Positions 1 through 11,159 of a stretch of 64,000 bases of DNA are shown here, piece by piece (position 1 is the stretch's first letter; every line of letters starts with the position of its first letter). The DNA lies in assembly GCA_963824995.1 (NCBI GenBank), contig CAWGRK010000006.1:256273-320272 (forward strand). The letters are read 5' to 3'. The notes beneath the pieces were generated by a model. It was given only the letters and a program-made list of their open reading frames with translations, was not told where the DNA came from and made no database searches. This DNA comes from an uncultured Actinomycetes bacterium. GTDB taxonomy: Bacteria; Actinomycetota; Acidimicrobiia; Spongiisociales; DATADW01. The position numbers were made by a program, and so were the translations under genes.

Positions 1-611
1 TCGAGTACCCGCATCGGGTTGGTGTCGATACGTCGCCGCGAGTCCTCACTGAGTTCGGCACTGCGCTGGCGGAGCCATGTCCGAAGTGTCTCCAGGTAGG
101 CGGGGCGGTCTTCGGGGTCGCCCAGGGTGTTGATCAGGACGGTGATCGGGCCCAGACCTATCTCCTCGAGAAAGCGGTAGCCGACCTCGATCACCTCGGC
201 GTCGGCCCAAGGAGAGACGATGTCGAGGTACTCGACCCCGGTTTGCCAGAACTGGCGACGACGGCCCGCCTGTGGCTGCTCGTAGCGGAACATCGGCCCC
301 GAATAGGAGAGCTTCATGGCGCCCGGGCTGCCCGCTTGGATGTATGCCCTCACGATCCCCGCGGTTCCCTCGGGACGGAGGGTGAGCGACCGCCCCCCAC
401 GGTCGTCGAAGGTGTACATCTGCTTGGAGACCACCTCGGTGCTCTCCCCTACCCCTCGCGCGAACACCTCGGTCGATTCGAACAGAGGCACCATCGCCGG
501 CTCATAGCCGTACCGGGCGACGACGTCGTCCCAGATCCGGAGCACGCGGCCCCACGCCCGCGAGGCAGGAGGAAGGATGTCGTCGGTCCCCTTGGGGCCA
601 CGGAGCGTCAT
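1..611 (-). CDS. hisS: Histidine--tRNA ligase (5' part; runs off window start)
   Basis: Manual translation from ATG at 611: MTLRGPKGTDDILP...QMYTFDDRGGRSLTLRPEGTAG...GPMFRYEQPQAGRRRQFWQ; canonical position downstream of relA/MBL. Confidence 0.95.
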   Translation of the reverse strand, partial: MTLRGPKGTDDILPPASRAWGRVLRIWDDVVARYGYEPAMVPLFESTEVFARGVGESTEVVSKQMYTFDDRGGRSLTLRPEGTAGIVRAYIQAGSPGAMKLSYSGPMFRYEQPQAGRRRQFWQTGVEYLDIVSPWADAEVIEVGYRFLEEIGLGPITVLINTLGDPEDRPAYLETLRTWLRQRSAELSEDSRRRIDTNPMRVL

Positions 612-646
612 GGGCTGCGGAGGGTAGTGAGGAGCGCGAAGCCGGT

Positions 647-667
647 CGGCAGACGGCAGACGGAAGG
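647..667. repeat. Heptamer tandem repeat (CGGCAGA)2-CGGAAGG
   Basis: Seen directly; inverted relative to the array at 1411-1436. Confidence 0.7.
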
Positions 668-682
668 AGGCTGTCGGTCCGC

Positions 683-1400
683 CTACTCGCCACTCGTGGC
701 GGAAAGGATTGGTCCGTCGCTCCCAGCCGATCGTGGCTGTTTCCGGGCCGTGGCCGGGAGGAACACGGAAGGTCGTCGGGGAGGTGAGGACCCATTCCCG
801 CATGCTGGCCACCACTGGCCGAGGTCGCCGCCGGGCAGGTCGGTGCGCCGATGCTCCCGGCGAGAGAGCTGATCACCAGAGAACAGGGCTTGCCTTCATC
901 ATCGAGCAGGAAGCAGCAGTGGCCGGGGGTGCTGACCGGGCGTCGTCGCCTCGATGTCCACCCGGACGATGACTTCGATGACCCTGACCCCGAGACCCAG
1001 TTACGCGGCCTCGTTGGCATCGGCCGAGGGCGACATCCTGGTCGGAGACCATCCACGACATACCCCGCAACTGACGGTCAGAGTCGAGAGTCGGAGTCGT
1101 CATGGGATGGATGTAGGCGACGGCACCCGTCGATGGACATACGCCCGGCCACTGCTGCTTTCGATCGTCGCCGAGGAGGGCACGCTCGTCACGGGTGACC
1201 AGCTTCGTCGCCGCGCAAGCATCGGTGAACCGACGCTCCCGGGGGGCAACTACGGACAGCTGGTGACGAGCCACAAGGAGCAGGTGCCCGCCTCTCCCCG
1301 ACGACACCCACGTGTTGGTCGCCGGCCAGCCACACGGAGTCGACTATCGGCGTGGGAGCGCACGCACCCAGACGCCCTCCAGCGTCACGCACTGGGTTGC
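683..1400. pseudogene. Scrambled MBL-fold (glyoxalase II-like) hydrolase with motifs on both strands; boundaries approximate
   Basis: Minus strand: TPGHCCF, AGSIG, PGHGPETATIGWERRTNPF. Plus strand: HTPGHCCF, GDQL, LPGGNYGQLV. Many frameshifts; no HxHxDH motif found. Confidence 0.7.
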
Positions 1401-1410
1401 TTCTGGCTGC

Positions 1411-1436
1411 GTCCGCCGTCCGCCGTCCGCCGTCTG
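1411..1436. repeat. Heptamer tandem repeat (GTCCGCC)3-GTCTG
   Basis: Seen directly, intergenic. Confidence 0.8.
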
Positions 1437-1458
1437 GGGCGGATGCCGTCTCGGAAGC

Positions 1459-3648
1459 TCAGTCCGTCCCGCCCGCTCTGGGGACCAGGCGGTAGGCGTC
1501 GTAGGCGCCCTCGACCCGGCGCAGTTCGTTGAGCAGCCGTGGAACCTGACCGGGGTCTGAAAGCTCTATCTCGTAGCGGAGCACGGCTACCCGGTCACGA
1601 CCGGTTGCGGAGGAGGAGGCGACGATGTTGCCGCCCTGGTCGGAGATGGCCGAGGTGACGTCGCGCAGCAGCCGGGTTCGGTCGAGTGCCTCCACCTGCA
1701 CCCAGATGGTGAAGGAGCCGACCCGGTCGGGCGCCCAGGACACATCGATCATCCGCTCCCGATGGGCTCCCATCGCCGCGATGTTGGTGCAGTCGGAGCG
1801 GTGTACCGACACCCCTCTCCCCACCGTCACGAAGCCCACGATGTCATCGCCCGGCACGGGGGCGCAGCAACGGGCGACCCGCACCCACATCCCCTCGTAG
1901 CCCTCGACGACGATTCCAGCGCCGCTCGGGGCGGCCCGGCGGCTGGTCGGTGTCTCGGGCAGCGCTTCGTCGCCCTCCTCCTGGGGACGCACGCTGCGGA
2001 CAATCCGGGAGACGACGGTGGCGGCGGAGGTCGAGCTCTCCCCAACCGCGGCAAATAGGGCGTCGAGGTCCCTAAGGCCCATCTCGGCGGAGACCGCTTC
2101 GAGTTCCCGGTCGCGCTCGGCGGCGTTGAGGCCCAGCCCTTCCTTGCGGAGAGCCGCCGCGACCTGGTCACGACCTTCGGCGACGGCGACGTCACGCCGT
2201 TCCTTGGAGAACCACTGCTTGATCTTGGCGCGGGCCCGGGAGGTGCGGACGAACCCGAGCCAGTCTCGGCTCGGTCCGGCATCTGGTGACTTCGAGGTGA
2301 GTATCTCGACGATGTCACCTGACTCGAGACGTGTTCCCAGCGAGACCAACCGGCCGTTCACCCTCGCCCCGACACACCTATTCCCCACCTCGGTGTGGAT
2401 GGTGTAGGCGAAGTCCACCGGCGTCGCCCCTCGGGGGAGGGTGCGAACATCGCCCGCCGGGGTGAGCACGAAGACCTCGTCCTGGTAGAGGTCGAGTTTC
2501 AGACCGGCGAGGAACTCATTCGGATCGCGGTACTCCTCGTGGAGGAATCGGACGTCTGCCATCCACTGGAGGTCGGCTGCCCCGCCGCCTTCCTTGTAGC
2601 GCCAATGGGCGGCGATCCCCGATTCGGCGCGGCGGTGCATCTCCCTCGTGCGGATCTGGACCTCGAGCGGGCGGCCGTCTGGCCCGATCACCGTCGTGTG
2701 AAGGCTCTGGTAGAGGTTGAACTTGGGCATCGCGATGTAGTCCTTGAACCGGCCCTGGACCGGAGGCCACATGGCGTGGATCACACCCAGGGCGGCGTAG
2801 CAGTCGCGCATCTCGTCGGTGGTGATCCTGATCCCGATGATGTCGTGGATCTCGGAGAAGGCCTGCCCGATGGCAACCATCTTGCGGTAGATCGAGTAGG
2901 GGTGTTTCGGGCGCCCGGTGACCGAAGCGTCGACTCCGGCATCGACGAGCGCCCCCCGGACCTCGGTCATCACCTTCTCCAGGTAGGCGTCTCTCTCCGG
3001 CGTCCGTGCCGCCAGTTGCTCCTGGATCTCCTGGTAGCGAAGCGGCTGGAGGACGGCGAAGCAGCGGTCCTCCATCTCGTGCTTGACCTCTTCCATCCCC
3101 AGTCGGTGCGCCAAAGGGGCGTACACCTCGAGCGTCTCCTTGGCGATCCGCTGCTGCTTCTCGGGGCGTAGCGCCGAGATGGTCCTCAGGTTGTGGAGAC
3201 GGTCCGCCAGCTTGATGAGGAGGACGCGGACGTCCTGGGCCATGGCCACCACCATCTTGCGGATCGTCGCCGCCTGCGCCTCCTCCTGGGAGCCGAACTT
3301 GATCCGGTCGAGCTTGGTGACCCCGTCGATCATCAGAGCCACCTGCTCCCCGAAACGCTGTCTCACGTCGTCGAGGGTGAGGTCGGTGTCCTCGACCGTG
3401 TCGTGGAGCAGCGCTGCCACCAATGTCTCGACGTCCAACCCGTAGTCTGCGAGCACCGCGGTCACGGCGATCGGGTGGACGATGAACGGCTCGCCGGATT
3501 TGCGGTACTGGCCACGGTGCATGCGCTCGGCCACCCGATAGGCGTCCAAAATGACGGTGTCGGAGCCGTCGGGATGGTGCTCGTGGTAGGGGCGGAGCAC
3601 CGGGCCCAGCTCGGCGATCGCGGCGTCGCGATGCGCCAGGTCAGTCAT
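1459..3648 (-). CDS. relA: Bifunctional (p)ppGpp synthetase/hydrolase RelA/SpoT
   Basis: HD domain (ALLHDTVEDT), GRFKDYIAMPK..YQSLHT, TGS and ACT domains; start trimmed to MTDLAH. Confidence 0.97.
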   Translation of the reverse strand: MTDLAHRDAAIAELGPVLRPYHEHHPDGSDTVILDAYRVAERMHRGQYRKSGEPFIVHPIAVTAVLADYGLDVETLVAALLHDTVEDTDLTLDDVRQRFGEQVALMIDGVTKLDRIKFGSQEEAQAATIRKMVVAMAQDVRVLLIKLADRLHNLRTISALRPEKQQRIAKETLEVYAPLAHRLGMEEVKHEMEDRCFAVLQPLRYQEIQEQLAARTPERDAYLEKVMTEVRGALVDAGVDASVTGRPKHPYSIYRKMVAIGQAFSEIHDIIGIRITTDEMRDCYAALGVIHAMWPPVQGRFKDYIAMPKFNLYQSLHTTVIGPDGRPLEVQIRTREMHRRAESGIAAHWRYKEGGGAADLQWMADVRFLHEEYRDPNEFLAGLKLDLYQDEVFVLTPAGDVRTLPRGATPVDFAYTIHTEVGNRCVGARVNGRLVSLGTRLESGDIVEILTSKSPDAGPSRDWLGFVRTSRARAKIKQWFSKERRDVAVAEGRDQVAAALRKEGLGLNAAERDRELEAVSAEMGLRDLDALFAAVGESSTSAATVVSRIVRSVRPQEEGDEALPETPTSRRAAPSGAGIVVEGYEGMWVRVARCCAPVPGDDIVGFVTVGRGVSVHRSDCTNIAAMGAHRERMIDVSWAPDRVGSFTIWVQVEALDRTRLLRDVTSAISDQGGNIVASSSATGRDRVAVLRYEIELSDPGQVPRLLNELRRVEGAYDAYRLVPRAGGTD

Positions 3649-4165
3649 AGACCACCAATGCGTGGAGAGGTACGCCATCCAGTTGGTCCTTGCCGGCGAG
3701 GAAGGCCAACTCGACGAACACCGACACCCCGACCACATCGGCGCCGAGCTTCTCCAAGAGCCTCACCGCGGCACGGGCGGTGCCGCCGGTGGCGATGACG
3801 TCGTCGACCACCAGTATCCGGTCGCCGGGGGTGACGGCGTCCTGGTGGACTTCCAGGGCATCCGTCCCGTACTCCAGGCTGTATTCCTCGCGGACAACCT
3901 TCCAGGGCAGCTTGCCTGGTTTGCGCAGCGGGATGAACCCGGCGCCGAGGCGGATGGCTGCCGCGCTGGCGAGGATGAACCCGCGTGCCTCAATACCGGC
4001 GATCTTTGTCACCCCGGCGTCGGCGAACGGCGACACCGTGGCTTCGACCAACCCGTTGAGCGCCGCCGGGTCGGCCAGGACCGGGGTTATGTCCTTGAAG
4101 ACGATCCCAGGCTCGGGGAAGTCGGGCACGTCACGGATGAGCGAGCGGAGCGCTTCTGTGTCCAC
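3641..4165 (-). CDS. apt: Adenine phosphoribosyltransferase
   Basis: DFPEPGIVFKDITP, GIEARGF, VVDDVIATGGT. Confidence 0.97.
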   Translation of the reverse strand: MDTEALRSLIRDVPDFPEPGIVFKDITPVLADPAALNGLVEATVSPFADAGVTKIAGIEARGFILASAAAIRLGAGFIPLRKPGKLPWKVVREEYSLEYGTDALEVHQDAVTPGDRILVVDDVIATGGTARAAVRLLEKLGADVVGVSVFVELAFLAGKDQLDGVPLHALVVYD

Positions 4166-4213
4166 GCCATCAGTGTACGGCCGGGGGGGTGGCCGCACTG
4201 CATCAATGGAGTC

Positions 4214-5269
4214 TCAGCGCTTCCTCTTGCGGGGAGGACGGGGCGTGGCACCGGTCCCCGCCGGAGGGCGTACCGTCGGCGGCCCGGGCGGGGCGGGTGT
4301 GGTACCTATCGGACCGGCTGGGGCGGCGGATTCCCTCAGCTCGAGGCGGCGGCGGATCCTGATCCAGCTCTCCTCGCCTTCCTTCCACGCTGCCAGCAGC
4401 GGTCCGGCAACCCCGATCGATGAGTAGGTGCCGACGGCGATCCCGATGAATAGAGCCAGCGAGAAGTCGTTGAGCGGCGTTGCCCCAAGGATGACACCCC
4501 CGACCATGAGGAGGGTGGCGATGGGAATGAGGCTGGTGAGCGCTGTATTGATCGACCGCATCAGTACCTGGTTCATGGAGATGTTCACGATGTCCGAGTA
4601 GGTGGCGCGGTCGTGCAGCTCGCGCTCGTTCTCCTTGATCTGGTCGAAGACCACCACCGAGTCATACAACGAGTAGCCGAGGATGGTGAGGATCGAGACC
4701 ACCGTCGCCGGGGTCACGTCGATCCCGAACAGCGCGTAAATGCCCACTGTCACTATCAGGTCGTGGAGGAGTGCGGCGATCGCGGTGACTCCCATCTTGA
4801 ACTCGAGCCTCCACCCGATGTAGAGGATCACCGCCCCGATGAACACGACCAGGGCGATGAGCGCCCTCTGTGCTATCTGCGCACCGAAAGTCGGGCCAAC
4901 TGACTCGACGTTCGCTTCGCCGGGCTCGGCTCCGGTGACCTCGGATGCCGCCTCGATGAGCGGGGCGGGGTCGTCCATGAAGCTGGTCTGGATCCTCACC
5001 GAGTCGCCACCGTCGACCAACTGGATCCGGGCGTCGCTGGCGCCGACCGGGTCGATGGCCTCCCTGACCTCCTCCACGTCCGCCCCGGCGGGATTGGGAA
5101 TGGTCACCACCAGACCCCCGGTGAAGTCCACGCTCAACTGGAGCCCGAAGATGATCAGCGCCAGGATCGAGACGCCGAGGAGGACGCCCGAGATCATCCA
5201 CCAGCGGCGCCTCGACCCGACGAAGTCGAAGGTCGTCTCCCCTCGGTAGAGCCGTCGCCAGAGACCCAT
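4214..5269 (-). CDS. secF: Protein translocase subunit SecF
   Basis: SVDFTGG, SVGPTFG, GYSLYDSVVVFDQIKEN, six TM helices. Confidence 0.96.
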   Translation of the reverse strand: MGLWRRLYRGETTFDFVGSRRRWWMISGVLLGVSILALIIFGLQLSVDFTGGLVVTIPNPAGADVEEVREAIDPVGASDARIQLVDGGDSVRIQTSFMDDPAPLIEAASEVTGAEPGEANVESVGPTFGAQIAQRALIALVVFIGAVILYIGWRLEFKMGVTAIAALLHDLIVTVGIYALFGIDVTPATVVSILTILGYSLYDSVVVFDQIKENERELHDRATYSDIVNISMNQVLMRSINTALTSLIPIATLLMVGGVILGATPLNDFSLALFIGIAVGTYSSIGVAGPLLAAWKEGEESWIRIRRRLELRESAAPAGPIGTTPAPPGPPTVRPPAGTGATPRPPRKRKR

Positions 5270-6960
5270 CAGGCCTTCCCTCCCGCTTCGAGCCCGGCGG
5301 TGGCCCGGATCCCGACCGTGTCGTTGCGCCCCAGATTCGTGCCGGCCAGCAGGGCGGCGGCATTCCTCGTGTAGAAGGTGGCGACCAGGATGTCGAGCAG
5401 GGTGGCGATACCGAGCGCAAGCGCAAAGCCGCGCACCGGTCCGATGGCGAGGAAGTAGAGAAGCACAGCGCCGATGAGCGAGACGGTGTCGGCGGTGATC
5501 ACGGTGCGGAAGGCACGGCGGAAGCCCTCATCCACAGCCGAACGGGCGGTGCGGCCGCTGCGGACCTCGTCCTTGATCCTCTCGAAGAGGACGATGTACG
5601 AGTCGGCCGTTATCCCCACCGAGATGACGATCCCGGTCACGCCGGCGAGAGTGAGGGTCAGCCCGCGATAGGTGCCGAGAAGCGAGAAGATGGTGATGAG
5701 GAGCGAGCCAAAGACGCTGAGCCCGATGACACCGACGACACCAAGCGCCCGGTAGTAGATGAGGATATACAGGGCGACCACGGCCAGCCCGACCAGTCCT
5801 GCGATCAGACCGGCCCGCAGGGAGTCGGTCCCCAGCGTCGCCGACACCGTCTGGACCGACGACTGCTCGAAGGCGACGGGGAGCGACCCATACCGCAGGA
5901 CGACGGCAAGGTCTTCGGCCTCCTGCTCGGCGGCGGCGGGATCGTCGCCACCGACCGTGATGATCGCACTCCCCCCGGTGATCCCTGTTGCCGGGTCCAC
6001 GTCGAGGGCCACCTCCGGAGCGGAGATCACCTCACCGTCGAGGACGATTGCGATCTGACGGCGCGGATCGAGTTGGGGGAAGGCCGCCGCTTGTCTGGTC
6101 ATCTCGGCGAACTTGTCGGCGCCCTCGTCGGTGAGGTCGAGTTGGACAACCCAGCCGCCCTGGGTGGCGCCGGTTCCCTGGAACCCGGGGATGGCGTCGG
6201 CTACGTCAGAGCCGAGCAGGCCCGCCGGCCCCACGTGGTAGACCGCCACGTTGCCGACCTCGGGGACGATCTGAGGGAGCCACGCATCTGCGGCGGGGTC
6301 GTCGTCGATGGTGAGTCCGGTATCGGGGTCGACTCCCTCGGGGATGGTGGTCGGCGTCGTGGCAATGGTCGTCGTCGGCCCGGCACTGGTTGTCGACGTC
6401 GGCACGGTGGTGGTTGTCGCCTGGAGTCCGGCCGGGACGCCGAGGCTTGCCGCGGTGGTCGATGTGACGTCTTGCGCGGTGGTCGTGGTCGGTGAGGTTG
6501 TGGTGGTGGCGCCCGGCGCCGTCGTCGGTGTCCCCGGTTGTGTGATGGTCGGCCCCGTTGGGGCCACCGTGGTGGTCGTCGTGGTGGTCGGGGCGAATGG
6601 GTTCTGATCGGCTGCAAAGACCTCGGCCACGGGGCGGAAGCTGAGCTCGCCCGTCTGCCCTATCGCGTCGAGCGCCCGCTCCGGGTTGGTGACACCGGGA
6701 AGCTGGACGAGGACCGTCCGGTCGCTGGTCACCGAGATCTCCGGCTCCTGGATGCCGAAGTCCTCGATCCGGCTTCGCATGATCTCCACCGCCACTTCGA
6801 CCACTTCTGGATCGGTGCCCTCCGGCGCGGTGAGGATCACCGATGTCCCGCCTTGGAGGTCGAGGCCGAGCCGCGGCGTGACGCCAAAAGCCAGGGTCAC
6901 CGCCAAGCCCCCCCAGGAGACCAGGAGGACGATGAGAACCGTGATCAGACGGCGGCGCAC
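5269..6960 (-). CDS. secD: Protein translocase subunit SecD (with Thr-rich insert)
   Basis: LGLDLQGGTSV, LRYGSLP, VSATLG, GITADSYIVLFERIKDE. Confidence 0.96.
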   Translation of the reverse strand: MRRRLITVLIVLLVSWGGLAVTLAFGVTPRLGLDLQGGTSVILTAPEGTDPEVVEVAVEIMRSRIEDFGIQEPEISVTSDRTVLVQLPGVTNPERALDAIGQTGELSFRPVAEVFAADQNPFAPTTTTTTTVAPTGPTITQPGTPTTAPGATTTTSPTTTTAQDVTSTTAASLGVPAGLQATTTTVPTSTTSAGPTTTIATTPTTIPEGVDPDTGLTIDDDPAADAWLPQIVPEVGNVAVYHVGPAGLLGSDVADAIPGFQGTGATQGGWVVQLDLTDEGADKFAEMTRQAAAFPQLDPRRQIAIVLDGEVISAPEVALDVDPATGITGGSAIITVGGDDPAAAEQEAEDLAVVLRYGSLPVAFEQSSVQTVSATLGTDSLRAGLIAGLVGLAVVALYILIYYRALGVVGVIGLSVFGSLLITIFSLLGTYRGLTLTLAGVTGIVISVGITADSYIVLFERIKDEVRSGRTARSAVDEGFRRAFRTVITADTVSLIGAVLLYFLAIGPVRGFALALGIATLLDILVATFYTRNAAALLAGTNLGRNDTVGIRATAGLEAGGKA

Positions 6961-6967
6961 CGTGGGG

Positions 6968-7297
6968 TCAGATGTCGGACTCGGGCGGCGTCGGCGGTGG
7001 AAGCTCGGGCGGCGTGGTCTTGGAGGCAATGGCGCGGCGCGCCACCTTCAGTCGCCCCTCTTCGACCTGGAGGACCACGTTCTCGTCGTCCATCGAGACG
7101 ATCCGCCCGATGATCCCACCGATGGTCCGCACCTCGTCGTCGAGTCCGATCGATGACATCAGGGTCTGCTGCTGCTTCATCCGCTGGCGCTGCGGCCGGA
7201 GGATGAGGAAGTAGAAGATCCCGACGAACAGGACCAGAGGGAGGATCAATTGCAGAAAGTTGTTGCCTCCACCTGCGGTTTCCTGCGCCAAGATCAT
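6968..7297 (-). CDS. yajC: Preprotein translocase subunit YajC
   Basis: FYFLILRPQRQR..., DEVRTIGGIIG; upstream of secD. Confidence 0.93.
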   Translation of the reverse strand: MILAQETAGGGNNFLQLILPLVLFVGIFYFLILRPQRQRMKQQQTLMSSIGLDDEVRTIGGIIGRIVSMDDENVVLQVEEGRLKVARRAIASKTTPPELPPPTPPESDI

Positions 7298-7395
7298 CGT
7301 GCCGCCTTCTTTCTCGGGGTCGGTGCCCACACACCGGCGCCCACCGGGGATGGATGACGTGAGTACGGCCCACGCTAGGCGGGCCGGGCGCGAGG

Positions 7396-8521
7396 TTACT
7401 CGGCGGTCGGGTGCGGTGAAAGTCGCCTGGCCTCCACCGCGGCGCGGTGCTCATCGAATCGACGCTCTTCGATGGCCAGACGCGTAGCGGCGATCAGTTC
7501 GAGCGTGTAGTGCAAGTTGTGGACCGTGAGCAGGTTGTGGGCGAGCAATTCGCCAGTGACGTGGAGATGCCGAAGGTAGGCGCGGGAATGCGTGCCGCAG
7601 GTGGAGCAGCCGCACTCGGAGTGAAGCGGGCCGGGGTCGGTGGCGAACCGGGCCCCCTTGAGGTGATAGTCGCCGTCGGGGGTGAGGATCTTCCCGTGGC
7701 GGGCAAGCCGGGTCGGCCAGACGCAGTCGAACAGATCGGTGCCAATTGCGACGGCGTCGAGCACACCCAATGGGTCGCCCAGCCCCATGACGTAGCGCAC
7801 TTTGTCACCGGGGAGCTCGGCCACAGTCGCCTCGAGCGCCCGCCTCCGCTCCTCCGGTGTTTCCCCCACCGACAGCCCCCCTATCCCGAACCCGGGAACA
7901 CCGAGACCGACCGTGGCTCTGGCACTGACACCCCGCAGCAGCGGGTCGGTGCCACCCTGGACGATCCCGAACAGCGCCTGGTCGGCGCGTCGGTGCGACG
8001 CCAGGGCGCGCTCGCTCCAGCGCAAGGTCCGCTCCATCGCCGCTCGGACATCGGGCGGCGGTGCCGGTAGGGCGAGGCAGACGTCGAGCACCATTGCGAC
8101 GTCGGAACCGAGCCGCTCCTGAACGCCGACCGCCGTCTCCGGGGTGAGGTGGATCCAACTCCCGTCGTACGGCGAGCGGAATCGGGCACCGGTCTCATCG
8201 ACCTTCGGTTGCAGCGAGAACACCTGGAACCCACCCGAATCCGTCAGTATCGGTCCGTCCCAACCCATGAACCCGTGCAGCCCGCCCAACCCGGCGACAA
8301 CCTCGTCGCCGGGGCGCAGCATCAGGTGGAAGGCATTTGCCAGCACGATGTCGGTTCCGACCGCCCGCAGGTCCCGGGGGGCGACAGCGCGTACCCGATC
8401 CCCTCGTGCCCACCGGCATGAAAGCCGGGGTGGGCACCATGCCATGCGGGGTGTGGAGCCGACCCGACCGAGCGACTCCGTCGCATGCCACCTGCTCCCA
8501 CCACACCGGCGCAGTCACCAC
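7396..8521 (-). CDS. tgt: tRNA-guanine transglycosylase (frameshift near 8400)
   Basis: N-term [20 protein letters not shown] in one frame; [27 protein letters not shown] and CxCxxC in the next. Confidence 0.93.
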
Positions 8522-9546
8522 TCCCTCCCGGCCACAGACCGTCTCGCCGCCAACATCGCATCACCGAAGGAGAGGAAGCGGTACCCGCGCCGGAGCGCCG
8601 TGCCGTAGATGTCCCGCCACTCTGGACCGATGAACGAAGCGACGAGGGCGATGAGCGTGCTGCGCGGCAAATGGAAGTTGGTCACCAGGAGATCGGTCAC
8701 CTTGAACTGGAAACCGGGGAGGATGAACAGATCGGTTGTGCCCTCCCCCGGCTCCAGCGTTCCACTGTGCATGGCGGCGGTCTCTAGGACGCGTACCACG
8801 GTGGTGCCGACGGCGACCACCCGACCGCCGGCGCCCCCGGTCGCTTCAATCCGGGCGGCGGCGTCCTCAGACAGGCGATAGCGCTCGCGATGGATGGTGT
8901 GGCCACCCACATCATCGGTGGTGATCGGTCTGAAGGTGTCGAGGCCGACCTCGAGGTCCACCGAGGTGATTCCGACTCCCCTCCCTTTCAAGCCGTCGAG
9001 CACCTGCCCGCTGACGTGCAGACCGGCGGTGGGGGCGGCCGACGACCCGGGCCGGTCGGCGTAGATGGTCTGGTACCTGCCGGGGTCGTCGATCGGGCGC
9101 CTTATGTACGGGGGGAGCGGCATCTCCCCGACGGCGTCTATCGCCTCCTCGACGTCGCCGCTGCCGCCGATCTCCAACTCGACCTTCCCCTCGACCGGGT
9201 CGGTCATCACCCTCGCCTCGATATCCCCGAACCGGACAACGCTCCCCGATCGGAGGCGGCGGGCCGGGCGCACCAGGGCCGAGAAGCGCCGCTCCCCCAC
9301 CCGCTCCAACAACAACGCCTCGACAGACCCTCCGGTGCCGTCCCGTGTCCCCCGGAGGCGCGCCCGACGGACCTTGCTGGCGTTCACCACGACCAGGTCG
9401 CCCGGCTCGAGCAGACCGGGCAGATCGATGAAGGTGTGGTCGGTCAGGTCCCGGGTATCGAGCAGCCTCGATGCGTGGCGCGGCTCGACCGGTTGCTGGG
9501 CGATGGCCGTCTGGGGCAGCACGTAGTCGAGTTCTGCGGTGCGCAC
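8515..9546 (-). CDS. queA: SAM:tRNA ribosyltransferase-isomerase
   Basis: [43 protein letters not shown]. Confidence 0.97.
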   Translation of the reverse strand: MRTAELDYVLPQTAIAQQPVEPRHASRLLDTRDLTDHTFIDLPGLLEPGDLVVVNASKVRRARLRGTRDGTGGSVEALLLERVGERRFSALVRPARRLRSGSVVRFGDIEARVMTDPVEGKVELEIGGSGDVEEAIDAVGEMPLPPYIRRPIDDPGRYQTIYADRPGSSAAPTAGLHVSGQVLDGLKGRGVGITSVDLEVGLDTFRPITTDDVGGHTIHRERYRLSEDAAARIEATGGAGGRVVAVGTTVVRVLETAAMHSGTLEPGEGTTDLFILPGFQFKVTDLLVTNFHLPRSTLIALVASFIGPEWRDIYGTALRRGYRFLSFGDAMLAARRSVAGREW

Positions 9547-9562
9547 CCGATGAGCGTAGGAA

Positions 9563-10585
9563 TCAGAGCAGGGTCGCTTGGGGGTCGGTAGGCGGCGTGA
9601 GTCCCAGGTGGTTCCATGCCGACGGGGTGGCGACCCTGCCGCGGGGGGTTCGTTGCAACATCCCTATCTGCAGGAGATATGGCTCGTAGGCGTCTTCCAC
9701 CGTCTCCGGTTCCTCTGACACCGCCGTGGCCAGCGTGGACAGCCCGACCGGGCGACCGGAGAAGCGGACGACGAGCGCCTCGAGGATGGCGCGGTCCACC
9801 TTGTCGAGCCCGAGCTGGTCTACCTCGTACACCGCCAGACCCGCCTCGGCGGTCTCGCGATCCACCACACCGCCGGCGCGGGCCACTGCGTAATCGCGCA
9901 CCCGGGCGAGGAGGCGGATGGCGATGCGCGGAGTGCCCCGGCTCCTCGTCCCAATGACCTCGGCGCCCTCAGGGGTGAGGTCGGCATCGAGGATCCCGGC
10001 GGCTCGACCGAGTATCTGCTCCAACTCGTCGGGTTGGTAGTAGTCGAGCTTGTCGGCGATCCCGAATCGGTCTCGGAGCGGTGCGGTCACCTTCCCCATC
10101 CGGGTGGTCGCACCGACCAGGGTGAATCGGGCGAGATCGATCCGGATGGACTGCGCCGAAGCCCCCTTGCCAACCACGATGTCGAGCTGAAAGTCCTCCA
10201 TCGCCGGGTAGAGGACCTCCTCGACGGCACGCGGCAACCGGTGGATCTCGTCGATGAAGAAGACGTCGCCTGGATCGAGGTTGGAGACGATGGCGGCGAG
10301 GTCGGCGGGCCGCTCCAGCGCCGGGCCCGACGTGATGCGGAGCCGGGTGGACGTCTCGGTAGCCAGGATCCCGGCGAGGGTCGTCTTGCCAAGACCGGGA
10401 GGGCCGGACAACAGGACGTGGTCGAGCGAGCGCCCCAACATCCTGGCGGCCTCGATGGCGATGCGGAGCCGCTCTTTGAGCCGCTCCTGCCCTACGAAGT
10501 CGCCGAGGTGGCGGGGTCGGAGCGAGGTCTCGACTTCGATATCGAGCGGGTCCACCGGCCCGGCGAGCAGTCCCTCCTCGCGCAC
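9563..10585 (-). CDS. ruvB: Holliday junction helicase RuvB
   Basis: [30 protein letters not shown]. Confidence 0.98.
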   Translation of the reverse strand: MREEGLLAGPVDPLDIEVETSLRPRHLGDFVGQERLKERLRIAIEAARMLGRSLDHVLLSGPPGLGKTTLAGILATETSTRLRITSGPALERPADLAAIVSNLDPGDVFFIDEIHRLPRAVEEVLYPAMEDFQLDIVVGKGASAQSIRIDLARFTLVGATTRMGKVTAPLRDRFGIADKLDYYQPDELEQILGRAAGILDADLTPEGAEVIGTRSRGTPRIAIRLLARVRDYAVARAGGVVDRETAEAGLAVYEVDQLGLDKVDRAILEALVVRFSGRPVGLSTLATAVSEEPETVEDAYEPYLLQIGMLQRTPRGRVATPSAWNHLGLTPPTDPQATLL

Positions 10586-10586
10586 C

Positions 10587-11159
10587 TCAGCGACTCCCCA
10601 ACATCCGAAGCGCGGCCCGCACCTGTTCCTCGACCGGTGCCGAATCGTCGACCGAGGGCAGCACCTCTGCGATCTCGGCGCTCCCGAACCCGAGTGTCTC
10701 GAGCGCCTCCCTGACCCGACCCGACGATGAAGACGACCCGACGAGGTCTACATCGCCCTGAGCGAGCTTGGGCCGGAGGTCGAGAATCAGCTTCTGTGCG
10801 GTGCGCTTGCCGATCCCGGGTACCAGGGTGAGGGAGTCGACATCCTCGGTGACGATGATCCTCCGCAACTCGTCGGCGGTGCTCGACCCGAGCACGGTCA
10901 GCGCCAACTTGGGCCCAACACCCGAGGCGGTGATCAGCATCCGGAAGAGCTGTCTCTCGCTCTCCGAGGTGAACCCGAAAAGGGCCATCCCGTCCTCACG
11001 GAGGTGGAGGTGCGTGTGGAGCACCACCTCCTCGCCCACGGGCGGCAGTTCTCCGACGGTTCGCGGTGTCACCGCCACCTCGTAGCCCACACCGGCGACG
11101 TCGAGGACCAGGTAGCCCTCTCTGGCCGCTACCAAGGTTCCGCGGAGGCGCCCGATCAC
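10587..11159 (-). CDS. ruvA: Holliday junction branch migration protein RuvA
   Basis: [29 protein letters not shown]. Confidence 0.97.
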   Translation of the reverse strand: MIGRLRGTLVAAREGYLVLDVAGVGYEVAVTPRTVGELPPVGEEVVLHTHLHLREDGMALFGFTSESERQLFRMLITASGVGPKLALTVLGSSTADELRRIIVTEDVDSLTLVPGIGKRTAQKLILDLRPKLAQGDVDLVGSSSSSGRVREALETLGFGSAEIAEVLPSVDDSAPVEEQVRAALRMLGSR

